Assembly: GCA_000175855.1 (NCBI GenBank)
Contig: ACYB01000031.1
Location: 120,001 to 152,000, forward strand
DNA length: 32,000 nucleotides
Source: Raphidiopsis brookii D9
GTDB taxonomy: Bacteria > Cyanobacteriota > Cyanobacteriia > Cyanobacteriales > Nostocaceae
Direction: 5' to 3'
The notes below the pieces were generated by a model. The model was not told the origin of the DNA and ran no database searches. It saw nothing but the letters and a program-made list of their open reading frames with translations. The position numbers were made by a program, and so were the translations under genes. Shown piece by piece: positions 1 through 9,191 of the stretch (positions are counted from its first letter, which is position 1; each line of letters opens with the position of its first letter).

Positions 1-967
1 ACCCACTCTCCCAGTAGCACCGGTAAGTGCCCCTGTGGTTCCAGTACCTGTAACAGTTTCCCAAAACGGGTCAAATCATCAACAGGGTAGGTTAGTGGTT
101 TCTCCTCGCGCTCGTAAGCTGGCTAAGGAACTCAAGGTTGATTTAAATAATCTCAAAGGTAGTGGTCCTTATGGTCGTATTATTGCGGGAGACATAGAAG
201 CTGCTGTGGGCAAAGTCCCTCAACCCACTAGTCCTGTTATTAGTACCATTCCCACTATTCCATCCACTCCACCAGCAACCCCCGTGGTTAATTCTGGACA
301 AGTAGTACCATTAACTACTTTACAGAATGCCGTGGTACGTAACATGATGTCCAGCCTATCTGTACCTACATTTCATGTTGGCTATACCATTACCACTGAT
401 GGTCTAGATAAACTGTATAAGCAAATCAAATCAAAAGGTGTAACCATGACAGCTCTTTTAGCTAAGGCTGTAGCAGTTACCTTACAAAAACATCCTTTAC
501 TTAATGCCAGTTATTCAGAACAAGGGATTGTCCATCATCCCCAGATTAATGTTTCTATAGCTGTGGCCATGGACGATGGTGGTTTAATTACCCCGGTTTT
601 ACAGAATGCAAACCAAATAGATATTTACTCCCTGTCGCGGAATTGGAAATCCTTAGTGGATAGAGCTAGGGCCAAACAACTGCAACCCGAGGAGTACAGC
701 ACGGGTACATTTACCATCTCGAATTTGGGTATGTTTGGTGTAGATACTTTTGATGCGATTTTGCCACCGGGACAAGGTGCCATTTTAGCAGTTGGAGCTG
801 GGCGTTCCCAAGTTGTAGCTACTGGAGAGGGTTCATTTGCTCTCAGACAGCAAATGAAGGTGAATATTACCTGTGACCACCGGATTATTTACGGTGCCCA
901 TGCAGCTGCTTTCCTCCAGGATTTGGCAAAACTGATTGAAACCGATCCCCAATCTCTCACAATTTAG
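1..967 (+). CDS. pdhC: dihydrolipoamide acetyltransferase (E2 of pyruvate/2-oxoacid dehydrogenase), 5' end outside the window
   Basis: Frame 2 is open from nt 2 with no stop before the listed GTG at 35, so the gene starts upstream of the window. It has a peripheral-subunit-binding domain (SPRARKLAKELKVDLNNLKGSGPYGRI) followed by an acyltransferase catalytic domain with the active-site motif DHRIIYGA. Confidence 0.9.
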   Translation, partial: PTLPVAPVSAPVVPVPVTVSQNGSNHQQGRLVVSPRARKLAKELKVDLNNLKGSGPYGRIIAGDIEAAVGKVPQPTSPVISTIPTIPSTPPATPVVNSGQVVPLTTLQNAVVRNMMSSLSVPTFHVGYTITTDGLDKLYKQIKSKGVTMTALLAKAVAVTLQKHPLLNASYSEQGIVHHPQINVSIAVAMDDGGLITPVLQNANQIDIYSLSRNWKSLVDRARAKQLQPEEYSTGTFTISNLGMFGVDTFDAILPPGQGAILAVGAGRSQVVATGEGSFALRQQMKVNITCDHRIIYGAHAAAFLQDLAKLIETDPQSLTI

Positions 968-980
968 CTCCCAATCGTCT

Positions 981-1012
981 AGAGACGTTGGGTATTCAAT
1001 TACAACGTCTCT
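981..1012. terminator. stem-loop between convergent genes (possible terminator)
   Basis: A perfect 9-bp stem, AGAGACGTT (981-989) pairing with AACGTCTCT (1004-1012), encloses a 14-nt loop. It lies between the E2 stop (967) and the DUF2996 stop (1029). No clear U-run follows, so terminator function is uncertain. Confidence 0.35.
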
Positions 1013-1028
1013 ATAATTAAAGTTGGAA

Positions 1029-1475
1029 CTAGTTCCTACCTAGCCATTTTTGACCGTTGAGACGATAAATCAGACGGGATACCAGCAAATCAAGGGTGAT
1101 CTTACGCTCGTCTATCAAGAAGGACTCCAGGGTGCTGGGTTTTTTCCCTTCATGACAGGAGAACCCCTTTTTACCTTGAATATCTTGGTCGGGAAAGTAA
1201 ACATTAAACTGTTTGGCCCCGTTTTGCCAAGAACCGGTGATTTGCCAACACTCCTGGGAAGAATTAAAACCGACAATGGCATATTTTTGCTTGACAAAGG
1301 TCAGTTTTACGTCAGAAATACCTTCCTGGGCGATCGCTTTTTGTAAAGCAGGTAAGTAGTGTTCCTGCATAAACTCCTGAAATGGCTTATCTTCCACTGC
1401 TGGGGGTTTTTCTTTTTTACCTACGGGTTTTTGGTTTGTTTCTTCCACCATCACACTATCCTCTGTTGTGTCCAT
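1029..1475 (-). CDS. conserved cyanobacterial hypothetical protein (DUF2996-like)
   Basis: 148-aa ORF. The C-terminal pattern ...FNVYFPDQDIQGKKGFSCHEGKKPSTLESFLIDERKITLDLLVSRLIYRLNGQKWLGRN matches my memory of the DUF2996 family. The family assignment is from recollection, not a search. Confidence 0.6.
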   Translation of the reverse strand: MDTTEDSVMVEETNQKPVGKKEKPPAVEDKPFQEFMQEHYLPALQKAIAQEGISDVKLTFVKQKYAIVGFNSSQECWQITGSWQNGAKQFNVYFPDQDIQGKKGFSCHEGKKPSTLESFLIDERKITLDLLVSRLIYRLNGQKWLGRN

Positions 1476-1517
1476 ACTTATATTTATTATTGCATATCAA
1501 TCAGTTTGCCAGTCTCC

Positions 1518-1553
1518 AAAAAAAACCCACCCTAGGAAATGGGTGGCATTTTT
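1518..1553 (-). terminator. rho-independent terminator downstream of mraY (bidirectional architecture)
   Basis: A8 (1518-1525), stem CCACCC (1527-1532) / GGGTGG (1541-1546) with an 8-nt loop, then T5 (1549-1553). On the minus strand the hairpin is followed by U8, 23 nt after the mraY stop. Confidence 0.6.
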
Positions 1554-1575
1554 CAGAACAGAGTTGTTAGGGAAA

Positions 1576-2700
1576 TCACTTTATCAAAGCCAGACACATA
1601 CTGGCTAAAAGCGCGCCTACTATATAAAATGCACCTACTACCTGCAATTCGGACCAACCAGATAATTCTAGATGATGATGTAAAGGAGCCATCTTGAATA
1701 GTCGCTTGCCCTTCCCATCTGATCCCTTAGTTACTTTGTAATAACTCACCTGTGCCATCACAGATAGGGTTTCTACAAAAAATATTCCACTTAAAATGAA
1801 CAGTCCCACCAAGTTATTAGTTAAAAGGGCCACCGCACCTAAAGCACCACCTAAAGCGAGGGAACCAGTGTCACCCATAAAAACCCGAGCGGGATTGCGA
1901 TTATGAGCTAAAAATCCCACACAACTACCACTCACCGCTGCACAGAAGATCATTAAACTGGGTGCGGTGGGAGCAATCAAAGCTCCTAAACCCAAAATGG
2001 CGATCGCCACTGTTCCCCCAGCTAACCCATCAACTCCATCAGTCAAATTAGTAGCATTGCTTTCCGCGACTAGCACAAAGGTAGCTAAGGGCCAAAACAT
2101 GAATCCTAAAGGTAAAGAAAAACCCACCCAGGGCAAAAAGATATTTGTTATACTAAAATCTCCCTTTAAAATCATCCACACGCAAAAACCGATGGCAAAA
2201 GCAATTTGTAAAATCAATTTTGTTCTGGGGGATATACCTTTGTTGGATTTCCTCAGCAAGATTTGCCAATCGTCTATCCAACCAATTATTCCATAAGCAA
2301 GTGTTAAAGCGGAAACGGCCAATACATCTTGAGCAAAATTGGAAAGCATACAAGCTACTACCAAGGCTACGGGTATGAAAAACACACCACCCATGGTGGG
2401 AGTACCCGCCTTTCTTAAATGGGCCTTGGGCCCATCCTCTCGAATAATCTGCCCAGTTTTCAACGCTTGCAAAATTGGTACAACCCATAAACCAGCTACT
2501 GCACTACCCAAAGCACACAGTAAAAATGGCATGGTTAAAGAGTTAGGTTGCCAGAAAACTCTATTTCCTAGACCATCTACAACTAGGGTGGCACAAGTCA
2601 TAGCTGCAGCTAACACCGATGCTAAGCCGATCCCGGAAATACTCAATCCTTGGTTGGGAGATAATTTTGCGTCCACAGAAATTTTTCCTTCACTCCACAA
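1576..2700 (-). CDS. mraY: phospho-N-acetylmuramoyl-pentapeptide transferase
   Basis: Polytopic membrane protein with MraY hallmarks (NATNLTDGVDGLAGG, FMGDTGSLALGGALG, APLHHHLELSGWSE). The listed start is TTG at 2700. An in-frame GTG at 2676 (VDAKLSPNQ...) resembles the N-terminus I recall for Anabaena MraY and may be the true start. Confidence 0.93.
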   Translation of the reverse strand: MWSEGKISVDAKLSPNQGLSISGIGLASVLAAAMTCATLVVDGLGNRVFWQPNSLTMPFLLCALGSAVAGLWVVPILQALKTGQIIREDGPKAHLRKAGTPTMGGVFFIPVALVVACMLSNFAQDVLAVSALTLAYGIIGWIDDWQILLRKSNKGISPRTKLILQIAFAIGFCVWMILKGDFSITNIFLPWVGFSLPLGFMFWPLATFVLVAESNATNLTDGVDGLAGGTVAIAILGLGALIAPTAPSLMIFCAAVSGSCVGFLAHNRNPARVFMGDTGSLALGGALGAVALLTNNLVGLFILSGIFFVETLSVMAQVSYYKVTKGSDGKGKRLFKMAPLHHHLELSGWSELQVVGAFYIVGALLASMCLALIK

Positions 2701-2999
2701 CGTAAAAAAAATTCAACCGTTTAACTTTGGTCAAGCTGATAAAACTATGGTTTACCACCCACCAGGAATAATAAAACTTATCTTAATCTAAGTTCATATT
2801 ACTATCATCCATAGTCAAAATGGTAAATTCCATTCTCCTCAATACAAAAAAGCCAATAATTTGATAATGCTTTATGTTAGTCCTCTTTTAAGAAAACTCA
2901 TAAATCACTTCGGTAAGGCTCCATTCCTACCTACACTGAAAACATCTGCCATAATCTCCTTATGAGAGCCTACACATAACAAAACTTTTATTGATAATT

Positions 3000-3023
3000 T
3001 GTATTTGATACTGTATTTGATAC
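3000..3023. repeat. perfect 12-bp tandem duplication TGTATTTGATAC x2
   Basis: Copies at 3000-3011 and 3012-3023 are read directly. The junction forms the palindrome CTGTAT-TTG-ATACAG (3011-3025). TTGATA recurs at 2991, 3005 and 3017. Confidence 0.8.
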
Positions 3024-3313
3024 AGCGTGATTTTAGTTAGTCATTCAACCTTTTTTGGATTTGTCCGGTACATAGGAAAAAAATTTTTTTAGTAAGGATT
3101 TGTCTTGGTCAGTTTATATAATCATAGGCAAACTGTTGTGTTTCTAGTTGTAATCAGCTTTCCTAAGGTTTTGGGCTACACCATTTCCGGAATTATGGAC
3201 TAGGATACCTGCGAGTGACTGTATTACATTCTCGGCATTTTGTCAACTATGTTCGATGAAAGCCAACATCCGCTATGTTTAGATAGAATTTAACTTACAG
3301 TTTAAACCCCTGA

Positions 3314-4984
3314 TTGTCAGTTCTACCATCTATGATTCAATCTTTGCCAACGGAAGTAGTTTATTTAATCACAGCGGGAGAAGTAATTGATAGTCTAAGT
3401 GCGGTCGTTAGGGAGTTGGTGGAGAATTCCCTAGATGCAGGTGCAACACGCATAGTTATTTCCCTGTATCCAGAACAATGGCGAGTACGCGTAACAGATA
3501 ATGGTTTGGGAATGAATCTGGAGGATTTACAACAAGCTGCGATCGCCCACAGTACAAGCAAAATTCACCATGCTGCTGATTTATGGAAAATTAAAACTTT
3601 GGGGTTTCGTGGTCAAGCACTACATAGCTTAACCACCTTGGGGGAACTGGAAATTTTCAGTCGCTGTGCAGGAGACAACCAAGGATGGCGGGTGGTTTAC
3701 AATAAAAATGGCACTGTGACTAAAACAGAAGTAGCGGCGATCGCACCTGGTACTGTAGTAACGGTGGATAATTTATTTGGTAATTATGCTGAACGTCGAC
3801 AAGGATTACCACATAAAAATCAGCAGTTAAAAAAAGTCCAAGCCACAATCCAGCAAATTGCTTTGTGTCATCCCCAGGTAACCTATCAGGTATGGCAAGA
3901 CAAAACAGAATGGTTTACAATTTATCCAGCATCTGCTGTGGAAAGAATAATCCCGCAAATTCTCAACCAAATTAAGCCAGGAGATCTAAAAGAACTAAAG
4001 TTAACAATACCAGAATTAGACTCGACAATTAACTTAGTAGTGGGCTTACCCGATCGGTGTCATCGACACAAACCTGACTGGGTGAAAATAGCCATTAATG
4101 GTAGAATAGTCAAATCACCAGAGCTGGAAGAAGCAGTTTTCGGGGCATTTTATAAAACCCTACCACGCGATCGCTATCCAGTTTGTTTTGTACATTTGAC
4201 CATCCAACCGGATCAAATTAACTGGAATCGCAACCCTGCCAAAAACGAAATTTACCTGAATAAAATGACTTATTGGCAACAAAAAGTCACCGAGGGTATT
4301 GATCAAGCATTTAGCATTGCTAGTTCTACCATCAAAGAGTCAGTGCGGACAGGTAAGATAAGCAATTTATTCAAACTGGCTGAAACCAAGGGAGATTACA
4401 ATTTTTCCCATTCCGACCCGGGAGAGAACAAAGGATCAAATTTAATAGACTTAAAAGTAATTGGTCAAGCAAGTAACACCTATATTATTGCTGAATATTC
4501 AGAAGGTATGTGGTTAATAGAGCAACATATAGCCCATGAAAGGGTGATATACGAAAGACTCTGTGATCAGTGGCAAATTGTACCTGTAGAGTCTCCTATT
4601 GTACTTTATCAATTATCCACTGAACAGGTCAAACAACTAGAAAGAATTAATTTAGATATTGAATGTTTTGGAGAAAACCTGTGGGCGGTACGCAGTGTGC
4701 CAGAGATGTTAAAAAATAGAGAAGACTCTCCAGAAGCATTGTTAGAATTAAGCCTGGGGGGAAACCTAGAAGCTGCCAAAGTTGCAGTTGCTTGTCGTAC
4801 TGCAATTCGCAATGGCACACCTATGACCTTAGTAGAGATGGAAAAATTGATATATGATTGGCACCGCACTCGCAATCCCCGCACCTGTCCCCATGGTAGA
4901 CCCATTTGTTTAACATTAGAGGAGTCAGCTTTAGCCAGGTTTTTCCGTCGTCATTGGGTGGTGGGTAAGAGTCATGGGATTTAA
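3314..4984 (+). CDS. mutL: DNA mismatch repair protein MutL
   Basis: N-terminal GHKL ATPase motifs (VVRELVENSLDAGATRI, DNGLGM, GFRGQAL). The C-terminal domain has EQHIAHERVIYE (a variant of the DQHA-x2-E-x4-E endonuclease motif) and CPHGRP. The listed start is TTG at 3314; ATG at 3332 (MIQSLPTEVV...) is the more likely start. Confidence 0.92.
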   Translation: MSVLPSMIQSLPTEVVYLITAGEVIDSLSAVVRELVENSLDAGATRIVISLYPEQWRVRVTDNGLGMNLEDLQQAAIAHSTSKIHHAADLWKIKTLGFRGQALHSLTTLGELEIFSRCAGDNQGWRVVYNKNGTVTKTEVAAIAPGTVVTVDNLFGNYAERRQGLPHKNQQLKKVQATIQQIALCHPQVTYQVWQDKTEWFTIYPASAVERIIPQILNQIKPGDLKELKLTIPELDSTINLVVGLPDRCHRHKPDWVKIAINGRIVKSPELEEAVFGAFYKTLPRDRYPVCFVHLTIQPDQINWNRNPAKNEIYLNKMTYWQQKVTEGIDQAFSIASSTIKESVRTGKISNLFKLAETKGDYNFSHSDPGENKGSNLIDLKVIGQASNTYIIAEYSEGMWLIEQHIAHERVIYERLCDQWQIVPVESPIVLYQLSTEQVKQLERINLDIECFGENLWAVRSVPEMLKNREDSPEALLELSLGGNLEAAKVAVACRTAIRNGTPMTLVEMEKLIYDWHRTRNPRTCPHGRPICLTLEESALARFFRRHWVVGKSHGI

Positions 4985-5110
4985 AGAAACCAGTTGACAA
5001 GCTCAGATTTCCCCGATTCTCCAGGGAACAAGTGGAGTACAATAGTAATAAGCAAGTGTGAAGTTCGGCAATTTTCTTGTTTTGTTCCTTTATTGTGAAA
5101 ATTTCATCCC

Positions 5111-5548
5111 GTGGAACTATCCTGTAAATCTGAATACGCAATTCTGGCGTTATTAGAAATGGCCACCCATTACCAGAATGGTGAACCGATGCAAATTCGA
5201 CAAATCGCTAACCAACAAAACATACCAGACCGCTATTTAGAACAGTTACTGGCTACTTTAAGACGCGGGGGTATTATTAAAAGCCAACGAGGGTCTAAAG
5301 GTGGTTATCTCTTGGCGCGAGAACCACGAAAAATCACTGTTCTTGACATTTTGGAATGTTTAGAAGGTTTAGATATCAAGATAGCAGAAGATAATACCAA
5401 CCCGAAAACTGCTGATAGTGGGATTATTGATGAGATTTGGCAAGAAGCTCGTCAAGCTGCTAATTTAGTCCTGGAAAAATATTCCCTGGAGGATCTTTGT
5501 GAAAAAAGAACCCTCAGAAGACAGTTAGATATCATGTACTATATTTGA
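5111..5548 (+). CDS. Rrf2-family transcriptional regulator
   Basis: The N-terminus (SCKSEYAILALLEMA...IRQIANQQNIPDRYLEQLLATLRRGGIIKSQRGSKGGYLLAR) is a typical Rrf2 winged-helix domain. GTG start. It ends 15 nt upstream of cysK, so the two are probably an operon. Confidence 0.85.
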   Translation: MELSCKSEYAILALLEMATHYQNGEPMQIRQIANQQNIPDRYLEQLLATLRRGGIIKSQRGSKGGYLLAREPRKITVLDILECLEGLDIKIAEDNTNPKTADSGIIDEIWQEARQAANLVLEKYSLEDLCEKRTLRRQLDIMYYI

Positions 5549-5563
5549 TTTAAAGGAAGGAAA

Positions 5564-6511
5564 ATGATGCAGATTGCTAAAAACATTACGGAACTAATTG
5601 GTAGAACCCCCCTAGTGCAGTTAAACCGTATTCCCCAAGCAGAAGGTTGTTATGCACAAATTCTAGTTAAGTTGGAAAGTATGAACCCCTCAGCATCGGT
5701 CAAGGATCGTATTGGTGTTAGTATGATCAATGATGCGGAAAAAGAAGGTTTAATTACCCCTGGTAAAACAGTGTTGGTGGAGCCAACATCTGGTAATACG
5801 GGTATTGCCTTGGCTATGGCAGCTGCTGCAAGAGGATATAAGTTAATTTTAACAATGCCAGAAACCATGAGTGCGGAAAGGCGGGCAATGTTAAGAGCTT
5901 ATGGCGCTCAGTTAGAACTGACACCGGGTATTGAAGGAATGAGTGGCGCTATTCGTAAGGCCCAAGAAATTGTGGAAAAAACCGCACACTCATATATGTT
6001 GCAGCAATTCCGTAACCCATCTAATCCTAAAATACACTGGCAAACAACAGCTCAGGAGATCTGGCAAGATACTGATGGTCAGGTTGATATAGTTATCTCC
6101 GGTGTGGGAACCGGAGGTACCATTACTGGTGTCGCTGAGTTCATTAAGTCAAAAAAACCCAGCTTCCAGGCGATCGCTGTGGAACCAGCAAATAGCCCAG
6201 TGTTATCCGGTGGTAAACCTGGACCCCATAAAATTCAGGGAATTGGAGCTGGTTTTATTCCTCAAGTATTAAAGGTAGAATTAATTGATGAGGTGATTGC
6301 TGTAACTGATGAAGAGGCGATCGCCTTTAGTCGGAGGTTAGCTAGGGAGGAAGGTTTATTATCCGGAATTTCTAGTGGAGCTGCTTTATGTGCAGCGGTT
6401 CGTGTGGCCCAACGTTCGGAAAATCAGGGGCGTTTAATCGTCATGATTCAACCTAGTTTTGGGGAAAGATACCTAAGCACACCCCTATTCCAAGATCTGG
6501 AAATCAGTTAA
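5564..6511 (+). CDS. cysK: cysteine synthase A (O-acetylserine sulfhydrylase)
   Basis: [14 protein letters not shown], the PLP-lysine motif [21 protein letters not shown] and [17 protein letters not shown] lies upstream of the tandem ATG ATG start. Confidence 0.93.
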   Translation: MMQIAKNITELIGRTPLVQLNRIPQAEGCYAQILVKLESMNPSASVKDRIGVSMINDAEKEGLITPGKTVLVEPTSGNTGIALAMAAAARGYKLILTMPETMSAERRAMLRAYGAQLELTPGIEGMSGAIRKAQEIVEKTAHSYMLQQFRNPSNPKIHWQTTAQEIWQDTDGQVDIVISGVGTGGTITGVAEFIKSKKPSFQAIAVEPANSPVLSGGKPGPHKIQGIGAGFIPQVLKVELIDEVIAVTDEEAIAFSRRLAREEGLLSGISSGAALCAAVRVAQRSENQGRLIVMIQPSFGERYLSTPLFQDLEIS

Positions 6512-6596
6512 CCTAATTGTTAGGGGAAGGGGACACAAAATCAGAAAACCATAGCAAATAACCCAAGGAATCAAATTACGACCAGATCGCTCAATC

Positions 6597-7281
6597 ATGC
6601 ATGATTCGAATCATTATCGAACACTACAAATAAACAATAATGCGACTGCTGCTGAAAATAAAAAAAGCATATCGCAGACTGGTCAAGATGTTCCACCCTG
6701 ATACTAATCAGGATACTGCTAACCACGAAGAGATTATTAAGATAAATGCAGCTTATGAAGTTTTAAGTGATGTTGAGCAGAGAGTAAAATATGATGAACA
6801 AATAGGGAATTGGGACACATCACACCCAGCTGTTGGAAACAGGGAAAATCCACGCCAAACTAAAAAACCGGGGGGGAAAGAAGCAGATGAAAAGGTAGAA
6901 GAGTGGTTAAAGTTAGTTTATCAACCAATAAATCGTTGGCTTTGTAGTATAGTGTCTTCCCTAGAGCAGCAACTAGAAGATTTAGCAGCAGATCCCTTTG
7001 ACGAACAATTGATAGATGAATTTCAAGAATATTTAGACACTTGTCGAGATAAGTTAAAAAAAGCCCAAACCGCCTTTCGTTCTTTACCTAATCCTCCCAG
7101 TTTGGCTACATCTGCTGCTCATCTTTATTATGCTCTAAATCAGGTTAGTGACGGACTAGAAGAATTGGCATATTTTCCCGCAAGCTATGATGATCGTTAT
7201 TTGCATACTGGTAAGGAGATGTTTAGAATTGCCAAACAACTACTTGACTTCTCCCCAGGTTCAAACACCAGGGAGAAGTGA
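6597..7281 (+). CDS. J-domain (DnaJ-like) protein, reading frame interrupted by a 1-nt frameshift in an A-rich tract (pseudogene or homopolymer error)
   Basis: The listed ORF (6640-7281) begins mid-J-domain (…IKKAYRRLVKMFHPDTNQ…AAYEVLSD…RVKYDEQ). The missing first helix (MHDSNHYRTLQINNNATAAE) is encoded from ATG 6597 in the -1-offset frame, which stops about 6700. The frames meet at GAAAATAAAAAAAGC (6654-6668). Removing one A gives ...ATAAEIKKAYRRL..., a canonical J-domain. Confidence 0.75.
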
Positions 7282-7297
7282 AAAATAGAAGCAAAAA

Positions 7298-7741
7298 TTA
7301 AGTTCGTACCGCTTCTGGCCAAAGTTCTCGCAAGCAAGGGGGTAGTATTCTTACCACATCTTCAATTTCCCCACGGGAGATCCTTTGGGCAATAATTTTG
7401 AAAACAGCACGCACCAAAACTTCTGGGTCAATGTCAGCATTAACATTATGGAAATAGTCACGAATATGCTGGAGAAAAGCATCCTTAGTTCTATCCTTGG
7501 GTAATTTTGCACCAGGTCGCCAATTTTCATAATAAAATCCACCTAAAAGAATAGGTAATTGGGCCCCCAAATGAGCAGCTTCTTCCACTGTCAGGCGATC
7601 GCGCAGAGTATGTAAAGTAGCTCGTAAACCTTGAAAAACTTGGTGTTTATTTTCCCAACCTAACTCTTTTGCTAAATCATTGATCCAAGGAATTGTTTTC
7701 TGTAAAGTTGCATCAAAGGTATCTAATCCAGTTATAGTCAT
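7298..7741 (-). CDS. DUF2267 domain protein
   Basis: GLDTFDATLQKTIPWINDLAKELGW…LRATLHTLRDRLTVEEAAHLGAQLPILLGGFYYENWRPG matches the DUF2267 pattern as I remember it. Confidence 0.75.
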   Translation of the reverse strand: MTITGLDTFDATLQKTIPWINDLAKELGWENKHQVFQGLRATLHTLRDRLTVEEAAHLGAQLPILLGGFYYENWRPGAKLPKDRTKDAFLQHIRDYFHNVNADIDPEVLVRAVFKIIAQRISRGEIEDVVRILPPCLRELWPEAVRT

Positions 7742-7902
7742 GATAATTGCTCCGATTTAACAGATGTTTACCGTGAACCCATGACTTGAAATTCTAAAGG
7801 GGTTGATATTTTTTAACTTCTAGCCAAAGTCGTATATTCTTGCTTCGTATAATTGTATGAAAGTAAAGTCTTATTCACTTTTCACCAGAAAATTAATAAA
7901 TG

Positions 7903-7945
7903 GTATATTTGTATACTTTTTTATCGTAAAATCCCATACTAATAT
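7903..7945 (+). promoter_or_regulatory. NtcA-type (class II) promoter upstream of urtA
   Basis: GTATATTTGTATAC (7903-7916) is a perfect GTA-N8-TAC NtcA box and is itself palindromic. TAATAT (7940-7945, TAN3T type) lies 23 nt downstream, which is the canonical spacing. It sits about 40 nt before the urtA ATG. Confidence 0.6.
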
Positions 7946-7984
7946 CTGTTGTCTAAAGATTAAACCCAAAATTTATCAATAGTT

Positions 7985-8584
7985 ATGACTACACAATTTA
8001 ACCGGAGAAAATTCCTCATCTACGGTTCTGCTGCTCTTGGTAGCTCCGTATTGCTGAAAGCTTGTGCCAACAATACACAAACAAATACACCCGCTGATTC
8101 CTCCGCAGGTGGTAACACCATCAAGGTAGGGATTTTACACTCTTTAAGTGGCACAATGGCCATCAGTGAAAAAAGTGTGGTAGACGCGGAAAACCTAGCA
8201 ATTAAGGAAATTAACGCTCAGGGTGGAGTATTAGGTAAACAGATTGAAGCAATTACAGAGGATGGTGCTTCTAACTGGGATACTTTCAGAGAAAAAGCTA
8301 CCAAACTAATTGAACAAGATAAGGTAGCTGTAGTATTTGGTTGCTGGACCTCTGCTAGTCGTAAAAACGTCAAGCCAGTGTTTGAAGACAAAGATCACAT
8401 GCTATGGTACCCTGTGCAATATGAGGGTCAGGAATGTTCTAAAAACATTTTTTATACTGGAGCAGCTCCCAATCAACAGATTGAACCTTCTGTGGACTGG
8501 TTGCTGAAAAACAAGGGTAAGGAATTCTTTCTAGTTGGCTCAGATTACGTTTTTCCCCGCACTGCTAACACAATAATTAAGTAA
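7985..8584 (+). pseudogene. urtA: urea ABC transporter substrate-binding protein UrtA, N-terminal fragment of about 198 aa truncated by an IS insertion
   Basis: Signal/lipoprotein-like N-terminus, then [17 protein letters not shown]…[12 protein letters not shown]…[10 protein letters not shown]…[18 protein letters not shown], typical of UrtA (full length is roughly 430-440 aa from memory). The frame ends in a TAA created at the IS junction (8582-8584). Confidence 0.8.
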
Positions 8585-8619
8585 GTCGGCTGGGAAATTT
8601 ATAGCTATGTAACGAAAGG

Positions 8620-9189
8620 TTAAGAAAGGCAAGAGTTGTTAAATTTAATACGTTCTGTACTATGCTTATTTCTTTTTCCCCTAGCGTTTACTCCATCCAT
8701 TACGGCATAAGCAAGCTCTAACTCATCTTCAAACATTTTTCCCGATATCTCATCTTTTTTAAGGTGTTTCCACTCTAATTCAATTGGATTCATCTCAGAG
8801 CAATATTTGGGCAGAAAGAAAATGTATAAATTCTGACTCTCCCATTTTGACCATAACTTTCTCACTTCTTTGCATTGATGTATTGGACCATTATCCTGTA
8901 CTATTACTCTTATACGTCCCAGTTTTTCTGCTTCTTCGGCTTCATGCTCCATCATTTCAATATAAGATTTGCGATTCACCCCCCCAATTACTAAACCGTA
9001 AACAAAACTAATTAAGGGTTGAAGAAGACCAATAATACTTAGTCTTCGACCACGGCGTTTTGTTTGCTCTAAGTTTTTTTGCTCCCCTCTTTGGTAATAT
9101 GTATAACTCGGTTCACTCCACATACAAAAACCTGATTCATCTAAATATTTCAAGTCTATTTCTCCCCCAGCAGCGGATAATTCCAACAT
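8620..9189 (-). CDS. IS630-family transposase, DDE catalytic part (orfB)
   Basis: It contains the catalytic triad context YLDESGF, IVQDNGPIH and NPIELEWKHLK, but no DNA-binding domain. Confidence 0.8.
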   Translation of the reverse strand: MLELSAAGGEIDLKYLDESGFCMWSEPSYTYYQRGEQKNLEQTKRRGRRLSIIGLLQPLISFVYGLVIGGVNRKSYIEMMEHEAEEAEKLGRIRVIVQDNGPIHQCKEVRKLWSKWESQNLYIFFLPKYCSEMNPIELEWKHLKKDEISGKMFEDELELAYAVMDGVNARGKRNKHSTERIKFNNSCLS

Positions 9190-9191
9190 AT

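Noticed and set aside
1967-2791. Three ORFs of 109-150 aa (1967-2296 +, 2153-2488 -, 2339-2791 +) overlapping mraY
   Set aside because: They are shadow frames of a strongly supported membrane-protein gene. Their composition is low-complexity or atypical (K/P-rich) and they contain no recognisable motifs.
2905-2952. 15-codon micro-ORF (MADVFSVGRNGALPK) on the minus strand, preceded by AGGAG at good spacing
   Set aside because: The RBS is attractive, but the ORF is too short to evaluate without conservation or ribosome-profiling data. It may be worth a look only if conserved.
3185-3190. TCCGGA (DIF1-like heterocyst promoter motif) in the mraY-mutL intergenic region
   Set aside because: No -10 element lies at a suitable distance on either strand. 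A 6-mer is expected by chance, and another copy lies inside cysK.
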